The notes under the pieces were generated by a model. The model ran no database searches. It was not told the DNA's origin and saw only the letters and a list, made by a program, of their open reading frames with translations. From contig NC_068982.1 of the NCBI RefSeq assembly GCF_001194135.2, forward strand, positions 177,450,611 through 177,486,235: a stretch of 35,625 nucleotides of DNA. The letters are read 5' to 3'. Source of the stretch: Octopus bimaculoides. Taxonomy: Eukaryota. Of the stretch, positions 1 to 11,135 are shown piece by piece (within the stretch, counting starts at the first letter, position 1; each line of letters begins with the position of its first letter). Position numbers and translations under genes: made by a program.

Positions 1-253
1 AATTGCCATCCTAGCTCCTGTGAAAAGAGATTACCCTGCTATGTATAATCAGGGCAGCGCAAAAAGTTGTTTTGCACAAGCATTTCTATAGCCAATTACA
101 CGGATGAAATTTACGTATGCTTAATAATTTTACACAAAACAGCCTTCAGACTTTCCCTATTAATTTCATCGTCTTTTGAATTATGAACATATTTACATCA
201 TAAGGGTTTTTTCGTTGTAAGGCTTTCTTTTTTAGTTGATTTTCAGCTAGCAA

Positions 254-311
254 GACTTATCGTAGATGGCATAATAAGTCACACCCGGACAAGGTCGGGT
301 TATACTGCTAG

Positions 312-312
<1 letters not shown>
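254..312 (+). mobile_element. Helitron-like 3' terminus (subterminal hairpin + CTAG|T)
   Basis: ACCCG (283-287) and CGGGT (296-300) form a GC-rich hairpin. It is followed after 7 nt by CTAG (308-311) and T, then (TA)n. A second hairpin GACTTAT/ATAAGTC lies at 254-280. The 5' end was not identified. Confidence 0.55.
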
Positions 313-343
<31 letters not shown>

Positions 344-1558
344 TCCCTCAATGCCGGACAAATGATAACGGAATGCTCAGTACGTATTGTAGAAGAAATA
401 TATGTATATCGGAAATTAAATAAATGACAAAGGAATAAGAAATTATGTAATGAATTTCTTTCGCTTACAGCTATTTCTGCTATAACATGCAATGCTGCTT
501 CATCGTTGGAGCTTCAAATAATGAAGTGAAAAGCTCCGTTGAAGCTATAGAGTGATACACAAGCACGGAAATATGAGTGCATTGAATCGTATAGCAAAAA
601 CATCTCTAACCTGATGAAGTTCATTAGATAATTTCTTATTCTTTTGTTGTTTATTTGATTTCTTATTTCTAGTCTGTACTCGTCTGATACTTTTTTGAGA
701 AGCATAAGTATACTAAGTTTAGCATCAAGTTATTTGTATTGTTATGCCTAAGCAATGCATATATACAGAAACCTAATAAAACTTTGTATACATTCAAACA
801 ATGTAGCCCGAATACACACAAACATCCACAGACATATATGTATATATCTTTTTGTTTTAAATGCTTACATATATATACATACATATACGTAACTATCTCT
901 GTCTCTCTCTCACCATATATATATATATATATATATGTACGAATCTTTGCACTCCATTATTGGAAGCTCTGACATGTACTTCCTTGCGACAAAGTAAACT
1001 TGATTTAATCAAGATACAATTGGCCTGACAATTAACCTGCGATATTCACCTCGCTTGGATATCTACCGCTTCCGAGGTTCCGCTCGCTATGAAACATATG
1101 TATCACGGATCTTAATTATTCCATTCGCATACCCAGCAACCCTGGTCGCCTACCGTCAAATATGAAAAACAGATTTTCAATTTATCCGTACATCGATACG
1201 AAAAGATCCACAAACTTCCGACTCAATAAACCCTTATTATACCTGAATGTTGTTTTTATATCTACTATGGATTGTTTGAAGCTAACTTTCTACTCATTTT
1301 ATAGATCTCGAAAGGTGAAAGACCTTAGTGGAATTTGTAACCGCCAAATTATTACGAAAGATTTTTCAAATGCATTGATCAGTACCAGGTATGAATATCA
1401 CGGCCTTTCACTCACTTTTGCAACTTTCTACAGTATAGAAATAATAGACTCACACACACATACACACAGAGGCATACGCACACACACATATACATATACA
1501 TATATAAATTCTAATGTTAATACATATCAAATAATAGTTTTAACTTGTGTTTATTTTA

Positions 1559-1604
<46 letters not shown>

Positions 1605-1867
1605 NNNNNNNNNNNNNNNNNNNNNNNNNNNNNNNNNNNNNNNNNNNNNNNNNNNNNNNNNNNNNNNNNNNNNNNNNNNNNNNNNNNNNNNNNNNNNNNN
1701 NNNNNNNNNNNNNNNNNNNNNNNNNNNNNNNNNNNNNNNNNNNNNNNNNNNNNNNNNNNNNNNNNNNNNNNNNNNNNNNNNNNNNNNNNNNNNNNNNNNN
1801 NNNNNNNNNNNNNNNNNNNNNNNNNNNNNNNNNNNNNNNNNNNNNNNNNNNNNNNNNNNNNNNNNNN

Positions 1868-1899
<32 letters not shown>

Positions 1900-2694
1900 G
1901 TGAATTTCTCGAAATTATATTTAGAACGTGTTTTCAGAAACAATTCTATTACGTTTCTGAGTTTTACATATTTCTGTTGTTTTTTAGTGTATTGTGGGCA
2001 TGTTGAATTGAATCACATTAGCAGAAATGACACTGATTATCATCATTCAGTCTTACAAAGATATTACCATTACTAATACAAATAAATCACATATGTTCCT
2101 TATACCAACCACTCACGAATGCATAAGTAAATTATAGACTTTAAATGTTACAACAAATTTTTTTCTGTCAAAAGTGAGTCTTTGTTGAACTTACAACCAA
2201 ATTTGTAAGACTTTTAATTGCTTTAAAGGAGAAAGTAATGAAGTTAAGGTGCTCAGTGAATAATAAAGTTAGGATTTTCACTTTTACCGAAAATGATGTT
2301 AAGCGTACACATGTTAGGTTATCATTATCTCAGAATTTAATTGAGATACACATATCTTAGCGAGATACTTCGATATAATTCAGGACTCGAATTTATTGAT
2401 AACTTTGGGAAAACGGCACGCAAATATACCAATGATGGAATTTGAGCCTCATCTGACATCATTCCTCATTATTTTATTCAGGAATTATATCTCCACCATT
2501 CGTCCGTTCTTGCGCTCTCAGTACAAATTTCGCCGAAGTTGATTTTGCCTACCTAGCCATACCCAGCCATCAGTTGTCAACTCACTCTTGCCCTTTATTA
2601 TAAACAGACATAATCTTCTAGTCTTACATTTAGTAGTTGATAAAGAGATAAATGAATTAGAAATGAATCACAATACTTTACAAGCTATGACCCC

Positions 2695-2939
2695 AATGAG
2701 CTTCATGCTATTCTTGGAAGTGTAGTCTGCCCTTAGATACATGAATTTCTTCCATCTTCTTGTTCTGTTAAAGTATTTGAGAAAAAATATATTAACGTGT
2801 CCAAGTGGTTAAAATTCTATCTATTTATTTGTACACCTGATGCTGGCACTGATTTTAAATTGATGTAATGATTGCATTATTCAATTAAATGGAGCCGCTT
2901 GAAACGGTCGTACTACTTGATATCCTGTTGCTTATTTTG

Positions 2940-2942
<3 letters not shown>
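2695..2942. repeat. Dispersed direct repeat, copy 1 (partner 4507-4787)
   Basis: Colinear similarity, roughly 80% by eye, e.g. gcttcatgc.attcttg.aagtgtagtct ... ctacttgatatcctgtt.cttattttgatt. Confidence 0.9.
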
Positions 2943-2976
<34 letters not shown>

Positions 2977-3714
2977 ATAATANNNNNNNNNNNNNNNNNN
3001 NNNNNNNNNNNNNNNNNNNNNNNNNNNNNNNNNNNNNNNNNNNNNNNNNNNNNNNNNNNNNNNNNNNNNNNNNNNNNNNNNNNNNNNNNNNNNNNNNNNN
3101 NNNNNNNNNNNNNNNNNNNNNNNNNNNNNNNNNNNNNNNNNNNNNNNNNNNNNNNNNNNNNNNNNNNNNNNNNNNNNNNNNNNNNNNNNNNNNNNNNNNN
3201 NNNNNNNNNNNNNNNNNNNNNNNNNNNNNNNNNNNNNNNNNNNNNNNNNNNNNNNNNNNNNNNNNNNNNNNNNNNNNNNNNNNNNNNNNNNNNNNNNNNN
3301 NNNNNNNNNNNNNNNNNNNNNNNNNNNNNNNNNNNNNNNNNNNNNNNNNNNNNNNNNNNNNNNNNNNNNNNNNNNNNNNNNNNNNNNNNNNNNNNNNNNN
3401 NNNNNNNNNNNNNNNNNNNNNNNNNNNNNNNNNNNNNNNNNNNNNNNNNNNNNNNNNNNNNNNNNNNNNNNNNNNNNNNNNNNNNNNNNNNNNNNNNNNN
3501 NNNNNNNNNNNNNNNNNNNNNNNNNNNNNNNNNNNNNNNNNNNNNNNNNNNNNNNNNNNNNNNNNNNNNNNNNNNNNNNNNNNNNNNNNNNNNNNNNNNN
3601 NNNNNNNNNNNNNNNNNNNNNNNNNNNNNNNNNNNNNNNNNNNNNNNNNNNNNNNNNNNTCTGGGTGAGACTTGGATTCAACTTGTACAAATGCAAAACA
3701 AAAGTCAAACATAA

Positions 3715-3767
<53 letters not shown>

Positions 3768-3841
3768 AGGTAAAAACTCAATTAAAATCAATTTATTAAA
3801 AATTAAAATTAAATTAAGTTCACAGTATAAAATATATATAA

Positions 3842-4142
3842 ATATATATAAATATATAGTTTTAGAGAAAAGAACGAAGGTTCATGAACTCATCGAGGAA
3901 AATCCACTGTCACATATAGAAAAATTAATAAGTAAAAGCACAATAAATAAGTATAATATAATACAAAGTAAATATCATAAGATAAATATAAATTATCTTT
4001 ATCTTATGATATTTACTTTGTATTATATTATACTTATTTATTGTGCTTTTAATTATTTATTTTTCTATATGTGACAGTGGATTTTCCTCGATGAGTTCAT
4101 GAACCTTGGTTCTTTTCTCTAAAACTATATATTTATATATAT
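3842..4142. repeat. Near-perfect palindrome (145-bp arms, 11-nt loop)
   Basis: 3842-3986 is the reverse complement of 3998-4142 with 3 mismatches counted; loop TATAAATTATC at 3987-3997. Confidence 0.95.
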
Positions 4143-4506
4143 ATATACGGAGTATATATACGTTTGTGCTTCTAATGTCCCACAGCGCTGCCAAAGCAAA
4201 TTATAAGAATAATATTCATCATAATGTATAGCACATCCGATCTGGAACATGGAGCTCCATCAGAGTGAAGAAAAATACATAAAAGAAAAGAAAAAGAGCC
4301 TCGAGAGGAAGAATAAAGGCTTAATATATTAGAATCATAACATTTTGCGCATTTTGCGGTGTAATGCTTTAGGCTGTTAAGTAAATGACTAAACTAAAAA
4401 AATTAATTGGTGTGTTAATCTTTCTTTAAGGGTAATAATGTGTAAAGTAATATATTTATCCTGCACTATATCGGTACAACTTGATGAGACCCCGAAAAAT
4501 TGGCTC

Positions 4507-4787
4507 AGTGGGCTTCATGCGATTCTTGAAAGTGTAGTCTATTCTTAGCTACAATAGCAACAACATGAATTTCATCCATCTTCTTGCTTTGTTAAAGTAT
4601 TTGAGAAAAACTATTTTAACGTGTCTAAGTGGTTAAAATTCTAATTATTTATTTCTGCAGCTGATGATGGCACTGATTTTAAACTGATGTGATGATTGCA
4701 TGATTGCATGATAGTTCAATTAAATGTAGCCGCTTGAAATGGTCACAGTACGTCACTACTTGATATCCTGTTACTTATTTTGATTTT
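4507..4787. repeat. Dispersed direct repeat, copy 2 (partner 2695-2942)
   Basis: Same alignment as copy 1, with small insertions in this copy. Confidence 0.9.
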
Positions 4788-5014
4788 ATTCACCTTACTT
4801 CGAGCTGTGCGGATAATACGGAACTGACTTCGTGCTTCACCTTAAGTACCTAATTCAACTGAATCTCAATTACACATACACACACGCACGCGCACACACA
4901 CACACACACACACNNNNNNNNNNNNNNNNNNNNNNNNNNNNNNNNNNNNNNNNNNNNNNNNNNNNNNNNNNNNNNNNNNNNNNNNNNNNNNNNNNNNNNN
5001 NNNNNNNNNNNNNN

Positions 5015-5054
<40 letters not shown>

Positions 5055-5164
5055 GTGCCGTAGTTACTTAGACACTTTTAAATGCAACTACTATTGCTGT
5101 TTTATATAAATCACCTTCTGTGGATATGAAAATATTGAAATATAGAAAATAAGATACTTGTACC

Positions 5165-6450
5165 GTAAATGCTTCCACTGCAAAAAGAAAGAGACTTATT
5201 GTTACAATGAAACCAAAAAATCGGATATTGCACAACGCCATAGGCGTGGCGATAGCGCTTCGAAAAATCTCAGAGATGTTAGCATTTTTGCACAGACCGT
5301 AAAAATAGTGTGAAACATACCGCTGAAACTGAAGAAAAAGATAAATTTGCGTTAGTCTTTCGTAACATTTTTGTTGCTGTTTTTCTTTCTTCTTTTCTGA
5401 ATGGAAGTATTACCATGATAAAAATGAAACATCTTGCTATAAGGATTAAGGTGTGTAATCAAAGTCTTACTCCCTTTCCAAAACAATAATTCAAGCAAAA
5501 GCTCTAAGTATATTTACAGCTGTGAAAAATAATAATAATCAAACAGCTCTGAAGATATATTCAAAACAAGTTCTAGTTGGTTTGAATGATTATTTAAGAA
5601 TAGAATTCAGTTACATAGTCTAAACATAAGTGAGGAGTCAACCAATGGTGATAAAAAGCTGAGGTAAATTATGCGGCTGCTTTGAAGTAAATATTAGGGG
5701 GAGATGGGTATATTGAACAAAAAATATTCAACGTAGATAGAAATGGATTAGTTAGGAAAAGAATCTACTAAACTCTATATTTCTTAAAATGAAAAATTTC
5801 AACCAGGACTGAATATTTGTTAAGATCATTTCGAGGAAATGCAGATAATGGTTTCTAGTTAAAGAGTAATATTACACTCAAATTAATTCTAATGATCGAT
5901 AATGTTACTAGTCACGTGGTCATTTGTGTGTAAATATAAATTACCTTTTTTACCGCCAAATACGACAGCATTATTGCAACCAGTGGACCAATGAAAAATT
6001 GTAACATGAAAAACTTATATGCAAACTAAGTAGTGTGCACCAAAACTTACTGAAGCAATAGATAACAATTTAATCTCGAGTTGATTTGTAGAAGAAATAT
6101 ATCAAAATCGCAATTAACGATATTCACCATGATTGTTCATGTAAAATACCCGCGGTCTAGCCGCAAGGACCAAATAATTTGGAGGGACTGTCTTCCCAAT
6201 TGGAGATTTTTTATTCAAGAAACAGATTCGTTTTGATGAATTTGTCTCTGGAACTACTCGTATTCATAATTTTCTTGAGTCTTTTATATAGAAGAATTAT
6301 CCAATAACGTACTTCTTTCTTTAGATGGACAAAATGTATAAGAAGCAGAGCATAATAGATGAGTTTCAATCGAGCTGATGAAGGATCTCTTCATCATGGA
6401 ATATGAAAATATATTTGCAAAATGTTGAAGAATTAGATGAAATTATTATT
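5165..6450 (+). mobile_element. Degenerate pogo/Tigger-family (CENP-B HTH + DDE) transposase relic
   Basis: Frameshifted translation gives AKRKRLIVTM..KSDIAQRHRRGDSAS, IQAKALSIFTAVK, FKTSSSWFE*LFKNRIQLHSLNISEES, GYIEQKIFNVD (FNVD at 5727-5738), KLILMIDNVTSH and FLPPNTTALLQPVDQ (5947-5991). These match Tigger motifs FNxDETG, LLxLDNAxxH and FLPPNTTSxxQPxDQG. Many stops; 3' boundary approximate; terminal inverted repeats (TIRs) not located. Confidence 0.9.
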
Positions 6451-6739
6451 AATGCTAGTCACATCTCATAAATGAAGCAACGTCACTGAAATTTTTACGA
6501 AGTTATTCTAATTTACAAGCATGTATGGTGACTTAAAGTGAGAGAATTTGGTGCAATATATTTTGTTTAGTTATTGTAATGTCTGTAATATTATTTTATG
6601 TATATTTCTTTTGGTATGTTTACATTTAGAACTTGCTAATACTTTCAGATTCCTCTTTATAAAAACATTTTATCTTAAAAATTTAAATTTCGTTTTCCAA
6701 AATAAAATGTAATTTGTTACATCCTTTCACTCTCCGGTA

Positions 6740-7570
6740 GGACATATAGACATAAATAAGCAAAATAAGTTCTTCAATACAACTCTAGATATAGAAGCAG
6801 CAACCATCAATTATATCGACATAAAAGAGAAAGGTGTAATATCAGCCATACACGAAATGAACGTAAACTCTGCAGTTTGACCTGATGGTTTGCCAGAGAT
6901 TATTTCAAAGACGTATAGAAAACCGGGCAAATACTTTTCCAGAACTTCATCGCATGTGGTAAGGTTTCCAAAAAGAGAAAAAGACGGTATAAAATGCTCT
7001 ATCCATAAAGGAGGAAGTGGACCAGACACTAAAATTACACATCCGCCTATCCCTGAGTTCACGCTTGAGAAGTCAAGGAACGAATTGTCAGTGGAAAGTT
7101 AATTATCTTCTGGAAGTTAATGACTTCCTCACTAACATGCAGTACTACTTTCGCCCCCAGAAGCTGCCTCACATAACTCCTGCAGCATCATAACTAGCAG
7201 CCCAAACGTGAATGTTATATAGCCCAACTTTATAAAGGCCTTACATAAAACTGATCATGAAATGATGCTTCACAAACAGTATAGTTCAGAAAATAGAAAA
7301 GTTGCAGAACTACATTTTATAAGTCCAGCAAGTATATCAAATAGCTGTATCAAAGAATACATTAATTAACATTAAAGTACCTCAAGGAATTGTACTTGGA
7401 TTATTGTTGTTTGTGGTCATACAGACAATCACACACAACGAACACATTGATGATACAAAAGAATCGAAGGCAAGAAGTCAACGACACTATAAATATACAC
7501 CAAGACTTAAACAAAATATACAATTAGGCTGAACGTATTTCAATGCTAGAAAATTTCAAACACCCCACTA
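6740..7570 (+). mobile_element. Degenerate non-LTR retrotransposon reverse transcriptase (CR1/L2/Jockey-like)
   Basis: Relic RT motifs in order: ISAIHEMNVNSAV*PDGLP, CSIHKGGS, ERIV, LEVNDFLTNMQYYFRPQ-RSCLT*LL, NVNVI*PNFIKALHKTDH (= DVIYLDFxKAFDxVDH), VPQGIVLGLLLF (VPQG 7377-7388), IDDTK (DDTK 7449-7460), QDLNKIYN*AE..FNARKFQ. This explains track ORFs 6811-7062 and 6890-7102. Confidence 0.9.
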
Positions 7571-7588
7571 TTGGCCCACAAAGATATT

Positions 7589-7803
7589 CTTTTCTACTCT
7601 AGGCACAAGGCCCGAAATTTTGGGGATAGGGGCCAGTCGATTAGATCGATCCCAGTACGCAACTGGTACTTAATTTATCGACTCCGAAAGAATGAAAGGC
7701 AAAGTCGACCTCGGTGGAATTTGAACTCAGAACGCGTGGATAGACGAATTTCTGCTTAGCATTTCGCCCGGCGTGCAAACGTTTCTGCCACCTCACCACC
7801 TTA
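7589..7803 (-). mobile_element. tRNA-derived SINE, full length, with 15-bp TSD
   Basis: Minus strand begins GGTGGTGAGGTGGCAGAAACG (A-box like); B-box GAGTTCAAATTCC (7716-7728). TSD GCCCACAAAGATATT at 7574-7588 and 7804-7818. Confidence 0.93.
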
Positions 7804-8744
7804 GCCCACAAAGATATTGTAATTACAATGTACTGAACCGTGTGCTATTGCAAACTAAGGGCCATTACCAGCGATTTGCTAGAGGATATTATTCGCAATG
7901 ATGAATCATTCCATGCGTATATCAATGTTTGTATGCATAGAAAAGTGAATTATTTTATTGTACGAATGTTATATACTTGTGTTTTACGGTGGACAACATT
8001 TCTTCAAACAGGTGTATTGAAACCAAATATGTCATTTATTTATCACATTATTATGGTTTTTACCGGTTTCCTTATTAATTATTGTTCTTATCAACAATAC
8101 GTTTCCGAAGTATACCAACATTTACCAATATATGTCCGCTGTTACTATGTTGTAATTAAAATAATTGTAGTCTTGATTTGTATTGATATTTTATCGTAGT
8201 CCACAATCATAGGAGCTCTATTGTATCTAATTGTTTTTTATTATCACTAAACTTCATAAAAGCTATTTTTATGTAATTATCGTGGGTTAGTTTATTTCAA
8301 CCAGCAGAAAATCATTCAGAAATTATTTAGACGAAGTGTCTAATCTTTTCCATTAGTGTTAGTGTTCTTCTTGCTCATCTTCAGCAAGCTAAACTTCAAA
8401 GCTATACTTCAAAGCTAAACTTAAAAGACTAACTTAGGCCATTCTACCGCTTTGTATGCTCAAAGGTACCTCACACGATATATCCTTCGTTTTTTTTTTT
8501 TTAATGTTTAACACGTTTAAAATGTTTAAAATATGAAACGTTTTACTAATATTTCTAACAGGTCTTAGAGCCACCTGCAGGCTGTTCATATTGATACGTC
8601 TGGCTTTTCAGCACTGTCTATATATTAGATTTTGTAACTTATCTTCGTTTCAATGTAATTATATTTCTTTTGCCGATCTGTAGAGTAAAGTCATGGTTTT
8701 CTTGTTCGTCTTTTCAGGCCTTATTCATTAGTGAGAATTTTAAA

Positions 8745-8929
8745 AATTGAAAGAACAAATTTAGCGGCATTTTTCCAGCTCTTTAGGTTCAGATATCAAA
8801 TGTCACCAAGATGCTTTTCAAGGGTCGATAAAATAAAGTACCAGTTGAGCCCTGAGGTCGCTGTAATCGACAAGCCACGCCTTGTTTCAAGCCTTGTGCC
8901 TAAGCAGGCCTTGTGCCTAAAGTAGGAAG

Positions 8930-8931
<2 letters not shown>
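8745..8931 (+). mobile_element. Degenerate SINE of the same family, ending in an (ATT)n tail
   Basis: gggtcgataaaataaagtaccagttg...gtcgctgtaatcgac and a duplicated gccttgtgcctaa 3' motif, matching the 7589-7803 copy. 5' boundary approximate. Confidence 0.75.

Positions 8932-8999
<68 letters not shown>
8932..8999. repeat. (ATT)n microsatellite
   Basis: Pure ATT run between a SINE tail (+) and a LINE tail (-). Confidence 0.98.
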
Positions 9000-9555
9000 G
9001 AGTGAGAGTGCAGTGCATGCTATCAAAATGACACTGGGGTAAAATATATAAAGCCCAATATACACATCATGACTACCTGCTTGATAAGGGTACACCAGGC
9101 ACATGCATCACAACCATATGTGCGCGACATGGTGATCTCATATCAAGACAAACAGTGCATGAACCTGCAGGTGGGGCCAAGTGAGAATTTTCTTCAGGTC
9201 GAGTAGCCGATCCTGCTCAAATGGTCCCTGAATAAGAGTTGTCACAGCTTCTAACGCTGGAGATGTACTACGGTGTCACCTGTTCACTACCAGTGAACTA
9301 AGGTAATACACCGTATTTTTCGGGCACCATCCAGAGTATTCGAGCGGTTCCACTCAGTGCTGTTTTCTGCAAGTGCCCCACCCTTATTGCAGCCCCTATT
9401 TGTTCCAATCTCAAGAATCTTACTCACTGTTTCCAGGGCTCCGACAATTATTGGTACTACTACCACCTTTTTCAGCGACCACAACTGCTTAACTTTCCAA
9501 GCTAGTCTATCTTATCTATCGACTTTTCTTTCTTCTTTATTGCATAGCTTTTTTG

Positions 9556-10094
9556 ATAAGCATTTATAGACACCTCTTCTGCTCTTCACAGATATAAGCT
9601 TTGAATTTTGTATAATTTATAGAACTACCATTCGATAAATTATACAAAATTCAAAGTTTATATATCTCTGAAGAGCAGAAGAGTTGTCTATATAAATGCT
9701 TATCAATATAGGATTCCATTATTGGACAGCTCTTCTGCGAAACGATCGTAAGATACTTTAAAACTTAATTCAAAACTTTTAAACTGTTATATTTATTATT
9801 ATTGTTACTATTATATATTTACACTTATACATATTTACATATATTTATATATATTTATATATATTTATATTTTTAATACAACAATTATTTTACACACGTA
9901 TATTTCTCTCTGAAGAATTTTCTAATATTGATTTCCTGATATTAATAATAATATATTATAAAATATATATAATCGCTCGTATTAAATACATAAATACTTT
10001 AATAGTATTAATATTTTGATACAATAAAAAGCAATCACTATAAATTCAGTATATAATATTCTCATTGAATATTATATATATTTAATATGCACAC
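9556..10094 (+). mobile_element. AT-rich fold-back insertion carrying a hammerhead ribozyme (Penelope-like non-autonomous element, inferred)
   Basis: Flanked by CTTTTTTG at 9548-9555 and 10095-10102. It splits the LINE peptide ACPAD|K(K)LCNKEERK. Inverted arms at 9553-9620 and 9635-9706. Confidence 0.75.
9663..9755 (+). ncRNA. Minimal type I hammerhead ribozyme
   Basis: Stem I UAUCU (9663-67)/AGAUA (9751-55); core CUGAAGA (9668-74); 16-bp stem II 9675-90/9723-38 with two G-U pairs; GAAA (9739-42); palindromic stem III ACGAUCGU; GUA triplet (9748-50). Confidence 0.8.
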
Positions 10095-11075
10095 CTTTTT
10101 TGTCAGCTGGGCATGCCATATCTATGATCCAGCATTGTTTGCTTTTGTTCTCAATTAATACTATATCTGGCTTCCTATTCTCTATCTCATGGTCGCACTG
10201 AATCATAAAATCTCATAGGATCTTTGCATTATCATTTTCGATGATGCCTTCGGGTTTATGTTCGTACCACTTCTTTCGCTCTGTCAAGTCCATACTTGTT
10301 GCAGTGTCCAATGGACAATCCTTGCAATGTTGTCATGATGTCTCTTACATTCTTTCTGGTCTAGTGGCGTACATTGACTAGTAATATGCTATTTTGTCCA
10401 CAAATTCTGCACTTATTACTCTCTGACGTGTTGTCTATTCTGAATTTGATGTAATTTGTTCCTAGTGCTTGCTCTTGGGCAGCACAGAGTAGAGCCTCCG
10501 TTTCCGGTTTTAAATCACTTTTAGTCATCCATAGCCGTCTTTTTTCTCTGTCTGTCTATCTTCAACATCCTTATGAAATTGTCCCTGCATTCTTTTCTTT
10601 ATCCACCTATTTTCAGTTTCATTCATTCTCAAGAGCTTGTACAATACTTTATCTTTGCAATCTTCCAACCTACACAAGCTTGACCTTCATACTTCCAATA
10701 ATAGTTCTGTGGCATTTATATACAATGCTACGTTATTTTCTTCTGCTCTAATGCTGTGTTGGCATCTAATCAGTCCTCTTCCCCCTCTTTGTTTTGCTAC
10801 ATACAGTCTGTCTGTATCATTTTGGAGTGGAGTATCCCATATCTAGTCTGCAACTTCGTTGTCTTTCTGTCTAAGTTGTTTAGTTCGTCTACTGTCTATG
10901 CGATTACCCCTACTCCATATCTAAGGAGTGAAACCCTCAAGGTGTTGATAGCTTTAATCTTATTCCGTCCGTTTAATTTCGACTCAAGGATCAGTCTCAG
11001 TTTGCGCAAGTACTCCACCTTAAATTTTTCAGTCATTTCTTTCTCCATCAATTTATCCATTTCCAATATCCCCAA

Positions 11076-11077
<2 letters not shown>

Positions 11078-11135
<58 letters not shown>
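11078..11135. repeat. (ATT)n microsatellite
   Basis: Pure ATT run at the 5' truncation point of the RLE LINE. Confidence 0.97.

Larger units (their letters stand above)
9000..11077 (-). mobile_element. 5'-truncated RLE-type LINE (R4/Dong-like), interrupted by a 539-bp insert
   Basis: Minus-strand relic: LGILEMDKL..EYLRKLRLILESKLNGRNKIKAIN, DRLYVAKQRGGRGLI, HITSQCTPL..RHHDNIARIVHW, RKPDIVLI..IIDMACPAD (RLE PD..D motif), KEERKVDR..LWSLKKVVVVPIIVGAL, LQKTALSGTARIL. Then about 300 bp of 3' UTR and an (AAT)n tail. Confidence 0.9.

Noticed and set aside
1027-1108. Possible hammerhead: GAAACATATGTA (1091-1102) with palindromic stem III
   Set aside because: No intact CUGANGA with a closing stem II upstream, and no stem I pairing with tcacgg.
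1162-2076. 304-aa ORF and the other long track ORFs containing X runs
   Set aside because: They are long only because they read through N-gaps and (TA)/(CA) repeats; no protein-like content.
4078-4120. TCGATGAG..GAACC motif in the palindrome arm (GAAAC in the 31.5-kb copy) as a hammerhead
   Set aside because: All copies have UCGAUGA rather than CUGAUGA, and the flanks cannot form stem I.
6811-7102. Overlapping 83-aa (-) and 70-aa (+) ORFs as a host exon
   Set aside because: Explained by the frameshifted + strand LINE RT relic; the minus ORF is its antisense shadow.
8386-8437. Four 13-bp tandem units (aagctaaacttca) as a CRISPR-like or exon repeat
   Set aside because: No spacers and decaying units; an ordinary minisatellite. 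All three frames contain stops before the nearby GT.
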